Positions 40,102 to 48,696 of a DNA stretch of 64,000 nucleotides are shown here, one piece after another; within the stretch, counting starts at the first letter, position 1, and each line of letters opens with the position of its first letter. Both the position numbers and the translations under genes were made by a program. Origin of the DNA: Fidelibacterota bacterium (GTDB lineage Bacteria; Fidelibacterota; Marinisomatia; Marinisomatales; TCS55); contig JBHHTW010000005.1 in NCBI GenBank assembly GCA_046861385.1, positions 32,001 to 96,000 of the forward strand, written 5' to 3'. The notes under the pieces are model-generated. The model was not told where the DNA came from and did no database searches. It saw only the letters and a list, made by a program, of their open reading frames with translations.

Positions 40102-40277
40102 CAAAACAGGGTTCCCTGCCTGCCGGCAGGGATTCTCACGCATTCCGCTAGTATTAATAAGTCTGTAAGTGCAGGTATACACAGGCATAGCGTTTTATAA
40201 TAATCATTATTGATCTAACCTGTAATTTTCAGTAAAATCGCCAAATGGTCTCAATTAGTCTGTTTTGATCTGTAATG

Positions 40278-40296
40278 TGGCACCAATATGGCACCA
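40278..40296. repeat. Tandem TGGCACCA direct repeat, integrase arm-site-like
   Basis: TGGCACCA at 40278-85 and 40289-96, about 175 bp downstream of selC. Confidence 0.45.
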
Positions 40297-40343
40297 CTTT
40301 TAGGGTGATTTATAATGAATAAATTTTGTTTTAATTCATACTT

Positions 40344-40360
40344 GTTCCCAAAATGGGAAC
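40344..40360. promoter_or_regulatory. Perfect palindrome upstream of higBA, probable autoregulatory operator
   Basis: GTTCCCA-AAA-TGGGAAC overlapping a TTGTTC...TAAATT promoter-like spacing. Confidence 0.65.
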
Positions 40361-40386
40361 TTGTGTAAATTATCGTTATAAAAATC

Positions 40387-40680
40387 ATGAGAATTATCGC
40401 AATTAGACCCTTAAGAAAATTTTGGAAAGAATATCATGACGCTGAGGTTCCCCTTAGAGCTTGGTATACAGAAGCAAAAGTCGCAAAATGGAGGAAACCG
40501 AATGATATTAAAGAGAAATATAGGTCAGTTAGCATCATTGCTAATAATAGGGCTGTATTTAACATTTCGGGGAATAAATACCGGTTAGTTGTTGCGATAA
40601 AATATGATTTCCAAATTGTATACATAAGGTTCATTGGGACTCATAAGCAATATGATACAATAAATGCGAAGGAGATTTAA
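40387..40680 (+). CDS. higB: Type II TA toxin HigB (mRNA interferase)
   Basis: MRIIA..LRKFW, VFNISGNKYRLVVAI, IRFIGTHKQYD. Confidence 0.93.
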   Translation: MRIIAIRPLRKFWKEYHDAEVPLRAWYTEAKVAKWRKPNDIKEKYRSVSIIANNRAVFNISGNKYRLVVAIKYDFQIVYIRFIGTHKQYDTINAKEI

Positions 40681-40683
40681 TAA

Positions 40684-41034
40684 ATGGTTATTAGACCCAT
40701 TAGAAATGAAAAAGATTATAAAGCAACATTGCAGCAAATCGAGAAACTTTGGAACTCGAGAATGGGATCACCTGAAGGAGATATTCTTGAAGTGCTAACA
40801 ATATTGGTTGCTGATTATGAAAAAGAGCATTATGACATTTTTCCTCCAGGACCTATAGGCGCTATCATGTTCCGTATGGAACAACTTGGTATGAAGCAAA
40901 AGGATTTGGGGGAATTGGTAGGTGGTTCGAATAGAGCCTCAGAATTGCTTCATGGTAAAAGAAAATTAACTGTGAAAATGATAAAAGTCATACATGAAGA
41001 ATTAAACATACCTGCTGAGTCATTATTAGGATAA
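40684..41034 (+). CDS. higA: Type II TA antitoxin HigA (HTH)
   Basis: PIRNEKDY, LVADYE, MEQLGMKQKDL...SELLHGKRKLT. Confidence 0.93.
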   Translation: MVIRPIRNEKDYKATLQQIEKLWNSRMGSPEGDILEVLTILVADYEKEHYDIFPPGPIGAIMFRMEQLGMKQKDLGELVGGSNRASELLHGKRKLTVKMIKVIHEELNIPAESLLG

Positions 41035-41206
41035 GAGTGCTAATGGGTGCAATACCAAATTTTTGGTGATCTCTGTCATATAAGTTATTTGGCTTAATAT
41101 AACAATATTGCAGTAAGCTATATACAAAAAGTATTCTTTAGTTATGTATTGTTCAATTTGTAATTAACTTTGAAGGTAGTGCAATGAGCAATAAATGGGA
41201 GTCAAT

Positions 41207-41566
41207 ATGAAAAATCCACCACTCTATCACTACCACGCTAAGGTAGTATCCGTTTATGATGGGGATACATGTACAGTCGATATTGATTTAGGGCTCAATG
41301 TTTGGGCTCGGGGAGAAAAAATTCGCCTGGCGCGCATAAATACTCCTGAACTTCGTAAAAAAGAAAGGCCAAAGGGATTAATATCGAGAGATTATCTCCG
41401 GAAGCGGATTTTGAATCAATCCATTGTTTTGGAGACGATAAAAGATAAAAAAGGGAAATATGGGCGCTATTTGGGTGAAATATGGGTTCAAACAAATAAT
41501 AAAAATTATACAAATATCAATGATGAGTTAGTGATGGCAGGAATGGCAGAATATAAATCCTATTAA
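41207..41566 (+). CDS. Thermonuclease (SNase-like) family protein
   Basis: VYDGDT, IRLARINTPE, GKYGRYLG, NDELV..GMA. Confidence 0.88.
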   Translation: MKNPPLYHYHAKVVSVYDGDTCTVDIDLGLNVWARGEKIRLARINTPELRKKERPKGLISRDYLRKRILNQSIVLETIKDKKGKYGRYLGEIWVQTNNKNYTNINDELVMAGMAEYKSY

Positions 41567-41703
41567 TGATTTCTTCTTCAGATTATAATAAAAAAAGTCT
41601 ATAAAATACCTGGTGTAAAACGGAACCCAAAATGAATAGAATAATATCTAATGAAATGGACTTCTGCCAAAATTATTTTTATAAATTAATAAAATATTTC
41701 TAT

Positions 41704-41768
41704 TATAGGATAATATTATCTTATATTCCACATAGTGATTCTACTATAAATATTAACAAAAGTAGAAT
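41704..41768. promoter_or_regulatory. Two inverted repeats upstream of the cytochrome cluster
   Basis: TATAGGATAATATTATCTTATA (41704-25, one mismatched pair) and ATTCTACT-N15-AGTAGAAT (41738-68). Confidence 0.4.
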
Positions 41769-41809
41769 TAGGAAAAAATTAGTATAATAACAAACGAGAG
41801 GAATACAAA

Positions 41810-42793
41810 ATGAATACCAAAAAAAGCTCGATATTACTATTGTTGATTATTGGGTTAATGATCACATCCTGTGAGGATGATAAAAATAAAGCTCCAATTA
41901 CCGACCTAACTGTTGCGACGGTTTCCAGCGCACCAACACTTGATGGCGTTGGCAGTGATGCCGCTTGGGATCAGGCCGATGAATTGGTCGTTACAGTTGG
42001 GCTAGATGCATCTCATGCAAATGCTTTTGGTGAAATAGACGTAAGTTTAGCCGCGGTAACTGATGGCGACAATTTATACATTAAAGCCACATGGGCAGAT
42101 GCTACAGAAAGCATTGATAAGAAACAATGGGAATATGAAAATGGTGCATGGTCACAGTCAGGGAACGAAGACAGAATGTTTTTCTTCTTTGATATGGGTG
42201 AGAATGGCTCTGATAAAGCAGATTGTGCAACCATGTGTCATGTAGCAGAAGGTAAAATGTGGACATCTACTGGCATTGTTGATCAGTGGCATTGGAAAGC
42301 CCATCGTACCGCGCCCATTCACCATGCTGATGATAAACATATTAATAACGATTATCAAGAATCAGATGGCACTCTCTACCATGACGGTGGACAACATGGC
42401 GATTCAAAAACAACAGGTTTGTACAATGATAACAAGGACGCAAATGGTCTTCCAATTTACTCTGGTCCAATTACAGACGGACATTATCTCATTTTGCCCG
42501 AGGGACAAACTGCAGATTCATATTTCACACCTTTTGATAGCAGCACCACATCCACCAGCTCTCTGATTCCGGGCTACTGGTTAAATGAAAATGCAGACGG
42601 CAGCAGGGCAGATGTGACTGCTTATTCTCAATATAGTAACGGTACTTGGACGGTTGAATTCAGCCGTGCTTTGAATACCGGGAATAGTGATGATGTTGTA
42701 TTTGGTAGTGGCGATATTCAAGTAGTAATTGCAATTACGGACAACTCAGGTGGTGATCATAGTGGATCAGCTCCTTTCCTAATTAAATTCTAA
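41810..42793 (+). CDS. Lipoprotein with ethylbenzene-dehydrogenase-gamma/DOMON-like heme-binding domain and a CX3CH motif
   Basis: Lipobox ITSC; APTLDG...W, LYIKATWAD, EDR, CATMCH, DQWHWKA, WTVEFSRALNTG..DD. Confidence 0.8.
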   Translation: MNTKKSSILLLLIIGLMITSCEDDKNKAPITDLTVATVSSAPTLDGVGSDAAWDQADELVVTVGLDASHANAFGEIDVSLAAVTDGDNLYIKATWADATESIDKKQWEYENGAWSQSGNEDRMFFFFDMGENGSDKADCATMCHVAEGKMWTSTGIVDQWHWKAHRTAPIHHADDKHINNDYQESDGTLYHDGGQHGDSKTTGLYNDNKDANGLPIYSGPITDGHYLILPEGQTADSYFTPFDSSTTSTSSLIPGYWLNENADGSRADVTAYSQYSNGTWTVEFSRALNTGNSDDVVFGSGDIQVVIAITDNSGGDHSGSAPFLIKF

Positions 42794-42804
42794 ACAAGAA
42801 TAAT

Positions 42805-42839
42805 AAAAATAGGGGTGATTTATTCACCCCTGTTTTTTT
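42805..42839 (+). terminator. Rho-independent terminator after the first cluster gene
   Basis: AGGGGTGA-TTTAT-TCACCCCT followed by GTTTTTTT. Confidence 0.75.
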
Positions 42840-42883
42840 ATATTATATCCAATTCTATAATTAATAAAGTAAAGGAGAACTCA

Positions 42884-43459
42884 GTGAAAAATATATTGAT
42901 AATGAGTATATGGGTAATGACAGCCTTGCTTTTTGGTGATGATAAAGCCGATAAGACAAATATATATGCCGGTGTGAAACGCTGTAAAGTATGTCATGAA
43001 ACAGAAGATATGGGGAATCAATATACCGTTTGGGAGCACTCCAAGCATGCCAAAGCATATGAAACTTTATTAACAGACGAATCTGCAGAAATTGCTAAAT
43101 CATGGGGACTCAGTCTCCCTGCGAATGAAGCACCGGAATGTTTAAAATGCCACGTAAGCGGGTATAATAATGAAAAAGCAGAATTCGGGAAAAAATTTAA
43201 CAAAGAAGATGGCGTCCAATGTGAAAGCTGTCACGGACCGGGTGAAGCATATCGAAAAGAGGAAATCATGTGTGACCGTGAATTATCCCTCGCAAATGGA
43301 CTGATTTTACCCAAACCGGAGGATTGTTTAACTTGCCATAATGAAGAAAGTCCCAAGTATAAAACATTTACTTATGAAGCCTATTATGCAAAAATGATTC
43401 ATAAGAAAAACCCTGACTATAACTGTCCTTCAGATGAAGAAGAAGATGAAGATTGGTAG
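42884..43459 (+). CDS. Tetraheme cytochrome c, c554-like (paralog 1)
   Basis: GTG after AAGGAG; signal peptide; CKVCH, CLKCH, CESCHGPG, CLTCH; acidic tail. Confidence 0.9.
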   Translation: MKNILIMSIWVMTALLFGDDKADKTNIYAGVKRCKVCHETEDMGNQYTVWEHSKHAKAYETLLTDESAEIAKSWGLSLPANEAPECLKCHVSGYNNEKAEFGKKFNKEDGVQCESCHGPGEAYRKEEIMCDRELSLANGLILPKPEDCLTCHNEESPKYKTFTYEAYYAKMIHKKNPDYNCPSDEEEDEDW

Positions 43460-43970
43460 TATGATGGTGAGAGGTTCTATAAATATAATTAATCATATAT
43501 TCATTTTATCCATAATGGGATTAATGATCGCCGGCTGCTCCAAAAAACCCATTAAGCAACCCATAGCCTACAACCACTCAATCCACGTTAATGATGCTGG
43601 ATTGGATTGTACCGATTGCCATTCTGGAGCGGTAAATAAAATTCGAGCCACGTTGCCTTCTATTAAAAAGTGCAAATCGTGCCATTCAGAAATGCAGGGA
43701 GAAAGCATCGCAGAAACACTGGTAGTTAAAGCGGTTAACAATAAAGAAGAAATCCCTTGGCAACGAATATATCAACTCAAAGACCACGTATTCTTCTCAC
43801 ACCGCCGACATGTAACAGCAGGAAATCTATCCTGTGAATTATGTCATGGAAATGTAGAAGAAATGGTGGTGCCACCTAAACAGCCATTGATTCCAATATC
43901 CATGGATAATTGCATTAAATGCCATGATAGTAAATCAATATCAACCGATTGTCTGAATTGTCATGTCTGA
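43434..43970 (+). CDS. Pentaheme cytochrome c, QrcA/ActA-like
   Basis: QPIAYNHSIH, CTDCH, CKSCH, IPWQRIY...HVFFSHRRHV, CELCH, CIKCH, CLNCH; possible lipobox IAGC; exact start uncertain. Confidence 0.9.
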   Translation: MKKKMKIGSMMVRGSINIINHIFILSIMGLMIAGCSKKPIKQPIAYNHSIHVNDAGLDCTDCHSGAVNKIRATLPSIKKCKSCHSEMQGESIAETLVVKAVNNKEEIPWQRIYQLKDHVFFSHRRHVTAGNLSCELCHGNVEEMVVPPKQPLIPISMDNCIKCHDSKSISTDCLNCHV

Positions 43971-46383
43971 AAAAAAAGTAATAAGTAGAAGAAAATTTTT
44001 AAAAATATCCGGTCTGGCTTCCGGAGGCGCTGCAATTGGTACTGCAGTTTTTTCACAAGCGCTGGGAGTATCAGAAAAAGCAATTAATGTTCTACAGAAT
44101 GGACCCGGAAAAGTATCTTGGCGAGCCACCGCATGCCGGCTATGTCCTGGCGGCTGCAGCCTGTCTGTAAAAAGGGTTGATGGAATTCCAATCGGTCTAA
44201 AAGGAAATGCTTTCTCGCCAATTAATAGAGGCGGTACGTGTCCTGCGGCATATGCTAACCTTGAATTACTTTACCATCCTGATCGATATACCGAACCCCT
44301 TGTTCGTCCCAATGGCGACAAGAACAAAGATGCGACTCCTGATTCTTGGAGGAACGTCTTTAATAAAATAACTAATTCTCTCAATTCTTTAGTTGAAAAT
44401 AACCAATCCCATAAAATTGCAATCATTAATAGTGATGATTCACCCATAATGGAAGAAGCATGGAGAAATTTTGCGAATTGGATTGGAACACCCCATTATT
44501 TTCAAGAAAAGCACTCCGGGGACTTTTCTAACTCTTCCTTTATTACACAAGGAATGTTTTGTTCGCCAAAATACGATTTAATGAATTCTGATTGTATCGT
44601 GAGTCTTGGTGCCAATTTTCTTGAGGAAGGCGCTCCTGTCCATTTTAACCAATTGTTGAGCCAATTTAAAGATGTAAATAATATTTCTCGTAATAAAATG
44701 GTTTATGTGGGGCCTAGAGCAAATGCCACGGCTGCCAGTGCCCATAAATGGATCCCAATAAATCCCGATACTTGGGGGACCCTTGCATTAGGACTTGTTC
44801 ATGTCCTCATTGATAAGCGTTATATCGACTTGGATTACTTTCGAACTCATACTCCTGATTTTTCTGATTGGGTTGATGAAAAAGGCCAAAAACATATTGG
44901 ATTTGAAAATATAATTCGTTCTGAATTTCATCCTAAACTTGTAGAAGAAATTACGGGCATTTCTGAGTCGCAAATTAATGAACTGGTCGAGTTAATTCAT
45001 AGCCGTGAAACACCGGTTGTTTTGTTTGGATCAGAAGCTCTAGAGTCACCCCGAGGAGAACTCCATGGCTGGGCTGTTCAAAGTTTGAATTATCTCATTG
45101 GTAGTATTCAGCGTACCGGGGGTTGTTTTTTTACGGATAATATTGATATAGAAAAATTGCATATACAGGATTATACTGGTCAGGATATTCAAAGTTTGTT
45201 TACCTCTGATAAAAGTCATGCCTTGAATAAAGCATCTTTAGATATTTTTGCTAAAAAGGTCGGAAATAATTCTCATAATGATATAGAATTATTAATTATT
45301 AATAAAGCAAATCCGGTTTATTATGGCGAGGACAGAGAGAAATGGGAATCATTATTGAAGCATATTCCAACTGTAATATTTATAGGAGATATTCCAAACG
45401 AAACCAGTTATCATGCAGATATAGTTCTTCCTGCCCATTCAGAATTTGAAAATTGGGATTTGGTTGAAGATATTCCCGGTGTAGCTGCTAAGGTTGCTGT
45501 CCTCCAAAGAGCAGTTATAAAACCAATGTATGGTACAAAAAGTAGTTATTCGATCCTTAAATCGTTCGCCGATGGAATGAATAACAAAACCAATTCGTTT
45601 TTAAAAGGTGTTGATTCAAAATCGATTGTAAAAGAAAGACTGAAGAAAATTTATCAGCCTAAACGAGGTCAATTATTTACATCCCAAACGACAGAGGAAT
45701 GGAAAGATTTATATAATAATCATAAAAAAATAAAAATTTCCGATTCAAGAAAAATTTTTATGAAGGGAATGTTGAAAACCGGCGGATGGTGGGATCCTTC
45801 CCTTGTGGGTCAGGCCGACCAAATAGAAATTGGCAAAAACAAGAAGGATCAATTCACTTTTCTAAAAAGAATCCTTGAATCATTTCAAGGTGAAGCATCA
45901 GATGAAGCTCAATTTCTGAAAGAACTTTTGGCTTCTAATACCTATCCAAAAAATTCAAAAAAATATAATGCATCTGAGTTATCAGGCTTCCCACTGACGT
46001 TAATGTCCGGATATCCCATTACCAATCCGTACGGCAGGACTGTCTCTTCTCCAACCATGGTGGAGACAATGGGAATTGTTCGGGAAATCTATTGGGAAAC
46101 CTGGGCAGAGATTAACCCTGAAACTGCAGAAAAATATCACATCGCAGATGGAATGATAATTCAATTAGATTCATCGGTGGGAAAAATTCAAGTTCGGGCA
46201 AGAGTCAGACCGATCATCCATCCGGATGTTGTCTATGTCCCCTTGGGACTCGGTCGTGATAATGTGGGAAGATTCACATCGAATAAGGGATCTGATCCTC
46301 GGAACTTAATGGTATCCCAACCAGAAATATATTCCGGAAATACAATTTTGTCCGGTACACCAATTAAAATAACGTTGATTTAG
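43963..46383 (+). CDS. Tat-exported molybdopterin-oxidoreductase-fold subunit, QrcB/ActB-like
   Basis: SRRKFLK Tat motif; CRLCPGGC...TCP Fe-S motif; YHPDR, ADIVLPA, EINPETA. Confidence 0.88.
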   Translation: MSEKKVISRRKFLKISGLASGGAAIGTAVFSQALGVSEKAINVLQNGPGKVSWRATACRLCPGGCSLSVKRVDGIPIGLKGNAFSPINRGGTCPAAYANLELLYHPDRYTEPLVRPNGDKNKDATPDSWRNVFNKITNSLNSLVENNQSHKIAIINSDDSPIMEEAWRNFANWIGTPHYFQEKHSGDFSNSSFITQGMFCSPKYDLMNSDCIVSLGANFLEEGAPVHFNQLLSQFKDVNNISRNKMVYVGPRANATAASAHKWIPINPDTWGTLALGLVHVLIDKRYIDLDYFRTHTPDFSDWVDEKGQKHIGFENIIRSEFHPKLVEEITGISESQINELVELIHSRETPVVLFGSEALESPRGELHGWAVQSLNYLIGSIQRTGGCFFTDNIDIEKLHIQDYTGQDIQSLFTSDKSHALNKASLDIFAKKVGNNSHNDIELLIINKANPVYYGEDREKWESLLKHIPTVIFIGDIPNETSYHADIVLPAHSEFENWDLVEDIPGVAAKVAVLQRAVIKPMYGTKSSYSILKSFADGMNNKTNSFLKGVDSKSIVKERLKKIYQPKRGQLFTSQTTEEWKDLYNNHKKIKISDSRKIFMKGMLKTGGWWDPSLVGQADQIEIGKNKKDQFTFLKRILESFQGEASDEAQFLKELLASNTYPKNSKKYNASELSGFPLTLMSGYPITNPYGRTVSSPTMVETMGIVREIYWETWAEINPETAEKYHIADGMIIQLDSSVGKIQVRARVRPIIHPDVVYVPLGLGRDNVGRFTSNKGSDPRNLMVSQPEIYSGNTILSGTPIKITLI

Positions 46384-46393
46384 GGAGTGAATT

Positions 46394-47080
46394 ATGGCTA
46401 AATGGGGAATGGTCATTGACTTGAATAAATGCACGGGATGTGGATCCTGTGTAAATTCATGTCGAATGGAAAATAATGTCCCCAATGTTGGCGATAAGGC
46501 TGCACAGGCAGGACGCGCCATGGATTGGATGCAAATCATTACTGAATATGAAGGTGAATATCCTAATATTCGAATAACTCATATACCGAGACCGTGCTTT
46601 CATTGTGAAAATCCTCCATGTACAAAGGTTTGCCCTGTACATGCCACATACCAGAATGATGACGGTTTGATTGGACAAATTTATTACCGTTGTATTGGAT
46701 GTCGGTTTTGTATGGCAGCTTGCCCATATTCCGCAAAAACATTTAATTATAGTAAACCAAATATTCCGGAAGCATATGAGGATAATTTGAACCCGGATGT
46801 TTCTCGTAGAATGAATGGTGTGGTTGAAAAATGCAGTTTCTGTTCCCATCGATTGATTAAAGCAAAAGATGAAGCTCGTTTTGAGGGGAGAGAAATGCGT
46901 GAAGAAGACTACCAGCCGGCATGTGTGGAATCTTGTCCAACTGATGCAATTACATTTGGTGATCTGGAGAATTCGGACCATCATGTTCATGAATTAAAAC
47001 ACTCAAACCGTGCATTTAGATTGGAAGAAGAATTGGGAACAGAACCTAAAGTCTATTATCTAACGAAGGAAGATAGATAA
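46394..47080 (+). CDS. Four-cluster Fe-S protein (NrfC/QrcC-like)
   Basis: 16 Cys: CTGCGSCVNSC, CFHCENPPCTKVCP, CIGCRFCMAACP, CSFC...PACVESCP. Confidence 0.93.
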   Translation: MAKWGMVIDLNKCTGCGSCVNSCRMENNVPNVGDKAAQAGRAMDWMQIITEYEGEYPNIRITHIPRPCFHCENPPCTKVCPVHATYQNDDGLIGQIYYRCIGCRFCMAACPYSAKTFNYSKPNIPEAYEDNLNPDVSRRMNGVVEKCSFCSHRLIKAKDEARFEGREMREEDYQPACVESCPTDAITFGDLENSDHHVHELKHSNRAFRLEEELGTEPKVYYLTKEDR

Positions 47081-48426
47081 TGAATGAGCTACGCAAAGAC
47101 CCGGATTATGCCCTTTACCGCCCTATATTAGTCAGTGACCGTCGATTTTATTGGGCGGTAGGCTTCTTATCTGTTGTGATTATTTGGGCATTGTATATGT
47201 ATATACAGCAATTGATAAACGGCCTTGAGGTCACCGGAATGAACAATACGGTAACTTGGGGATTTTATATTATCAATTTTGTTTTCTTTATCGGTATCAG
47301 CCATGCCGGGACACTGATTTCGGCCATACTAAGACTTTCCCAGGCAGAATGGCGTCGACCCATTACCAGAATGGCCGAGGTTATTACAGCTATTGTGTTG
47401 ATGATTGGCGGTTTACACCCAATCATTGACTTGGGTCGACCTGACCGCGTTTTAAATGTGTTTACGTTCGGAAGATTACAGTCTCCCTTATTATGGGATG
47501 TAACAGCCATTTCACTGTATTTTACCGCCAGCACGGTATATCTTTTTGTTCCCATGATCCCGGACATTGCTCTTCTTCGGGATCGGACCAATACAAAATT
47601 AAAATGGCTTTATACATTTTTAAGCTGGGGATATCAAGGAACCGAACGACAAAAACATATATTGGAAAGAGCCATTACGATTTTGATGGTTGCAGTAATA
47701 CCAATTGCCGTCAGTGTTCACACTGTTATTTCTTACATATTTTCAATGACACTCCAATCCGGTTGGCATAGCACCATTTTTGGCCCCTATTTTGTGACGG
47801 GCGCCATATTTTCCGGTACGGCTACCTTATTGGTCGTAATGATTTTTTTCCGAAAGTTTTTTCATCTGGAAAATTATTTAAAAGAAATTCATTTTCAATA
47901 CATGGGAATCCTGCTTCTGGTTTTCTCATTATTTTGGACTTATTTCACATTTAGTGAGTACCTCACAGGTGTTTATGGGAATGAACCCCAGGAAATGAAC
48001 GTTATTATGTTCAAATTTACGGGACCTTATGCCCCTTATTTCTGGGCAATGGTTATATGTAATTTTGTGGTTCCTGTGATAGTGCTATCTTTTAAGAAAT
48101 TAAAAAAGATCCCGGGCATTTTGTTTGCTTCAATTTGCGTCATCATCGGCATGTGGTTGGAACGCCTGACCATTATTGTTCCCTCCTTATCCAATCCGCG
48201 GTTACCGATCATTAGTGAGCCATACATTCCTTCGATGACCGAGTGGGCGTTATTTGCCGGTGGTATCGCTGTATTTTGTTTGTTTTTCCTATTATTTTCA
48301 AAAATTTTCCCAATAATATCAATCTGGGAAATAAGAGAAGGCCGTGCAGAAGGATTGGATGAAGCAAAAGAAAGGTTGGATTCTTACTTGCCCGATTCGG
48401 ATATGATCAACAAGGAGGTGATCTAA
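47080..48426 (+). CDS. NrfD-family quinone-interacting membrane subunit (ActC/QrcD-like)
   Basis: About 10 TMs; WGFYIINFVFFIGISHAGTLISA, DLGRPDR, SPLLWD, WHSTIFGPYF, GMWLER. Confidence 0.92.
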   Translation: MNELRKDPDYALYRPILVSDRRFYWAVGFLSVVIIWALYMYIQQLINGLEVTGMNNTVTWGFYIINFVFFIGISHAGTLISAILRLSQAEWRRPITRMAEVITAIVLMIGGLHPIIDLGRPDRVLNVFTFGRLQSPLLWDVTAISLYFTASTVYLFVPMIPDIALLRDRTNTKLKWLYTFLSWGYQGTERQKHILERAITILMVAVIPIAVSVHTVISYIFSMTLQSGWHSTIFGPYFVTGAIFSGTATLLVVMIFFRKFFHLENYLKEIHFQYMGILLLVFSLFWTYFTFSEYLTGVYGNEPQEMNVIMFKFTGPYAPYFWAMVICNFVVPVIVLSFKKLKKIPGILFASICVIIGMWLERLTIIVPSLSNPRLPIISEPYIPSMTEWALFAGGIAVFCLFFLLFSKIFPIISIWEIREGRAEGLDEAKERLDSYLPDSDMINKEVI

Positions 48427-48677
48427 TGGAAAAGAGAAAAAGAGTAACACCATTCTATATTTTATTTCTTCAAATTCTTAGCATCTTAATTATCTGGCTT
48501 CTATTTGTTGGGGTCAATTTTTGGATTTTTAATCTCATATCCTTATCGAGATATTTACAGGATGCACAAAATGCCACTTTGGTTATATCCCTTATTATTC
48601 TGCCTATATTTGGACTATTAGCATGTGTATTAACCTATGTATTTATAGGCTTGAGAAAAGGGAGAATTACTCATTAG
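48426..48677 (+). CDS. Small 2-TM membrane protein
   Basis: 83 aa, RBS AAGGAGG, start overlaps the NrfD stop, two hydrophobic helices. Confidence 0.8.
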   Translation: MEKRKRVTPFYILFLQILSILIIWLLFVGVNFWIFNLISLSRYLQDAQNATLVISLIILPIFGLLACVLTYVFIGLRKGRITH

Positions 48678-48696
48678 GCTTTTCAAGTCGAAATGG

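Noticed and set aside
39892-40188. 98-aa minus-strand ORF
   Set aside because: It is antisense to tRNA-Sec and the end of the SPOR gene; spurious.
43963-46383. Calling this subunit a polysulfide, nitrate or formate reductase catalytic subunit
   Set aside because: No clear Mo-ligand motif, and the pentaheme/ActC-like context fits Qrc/ACIII better.
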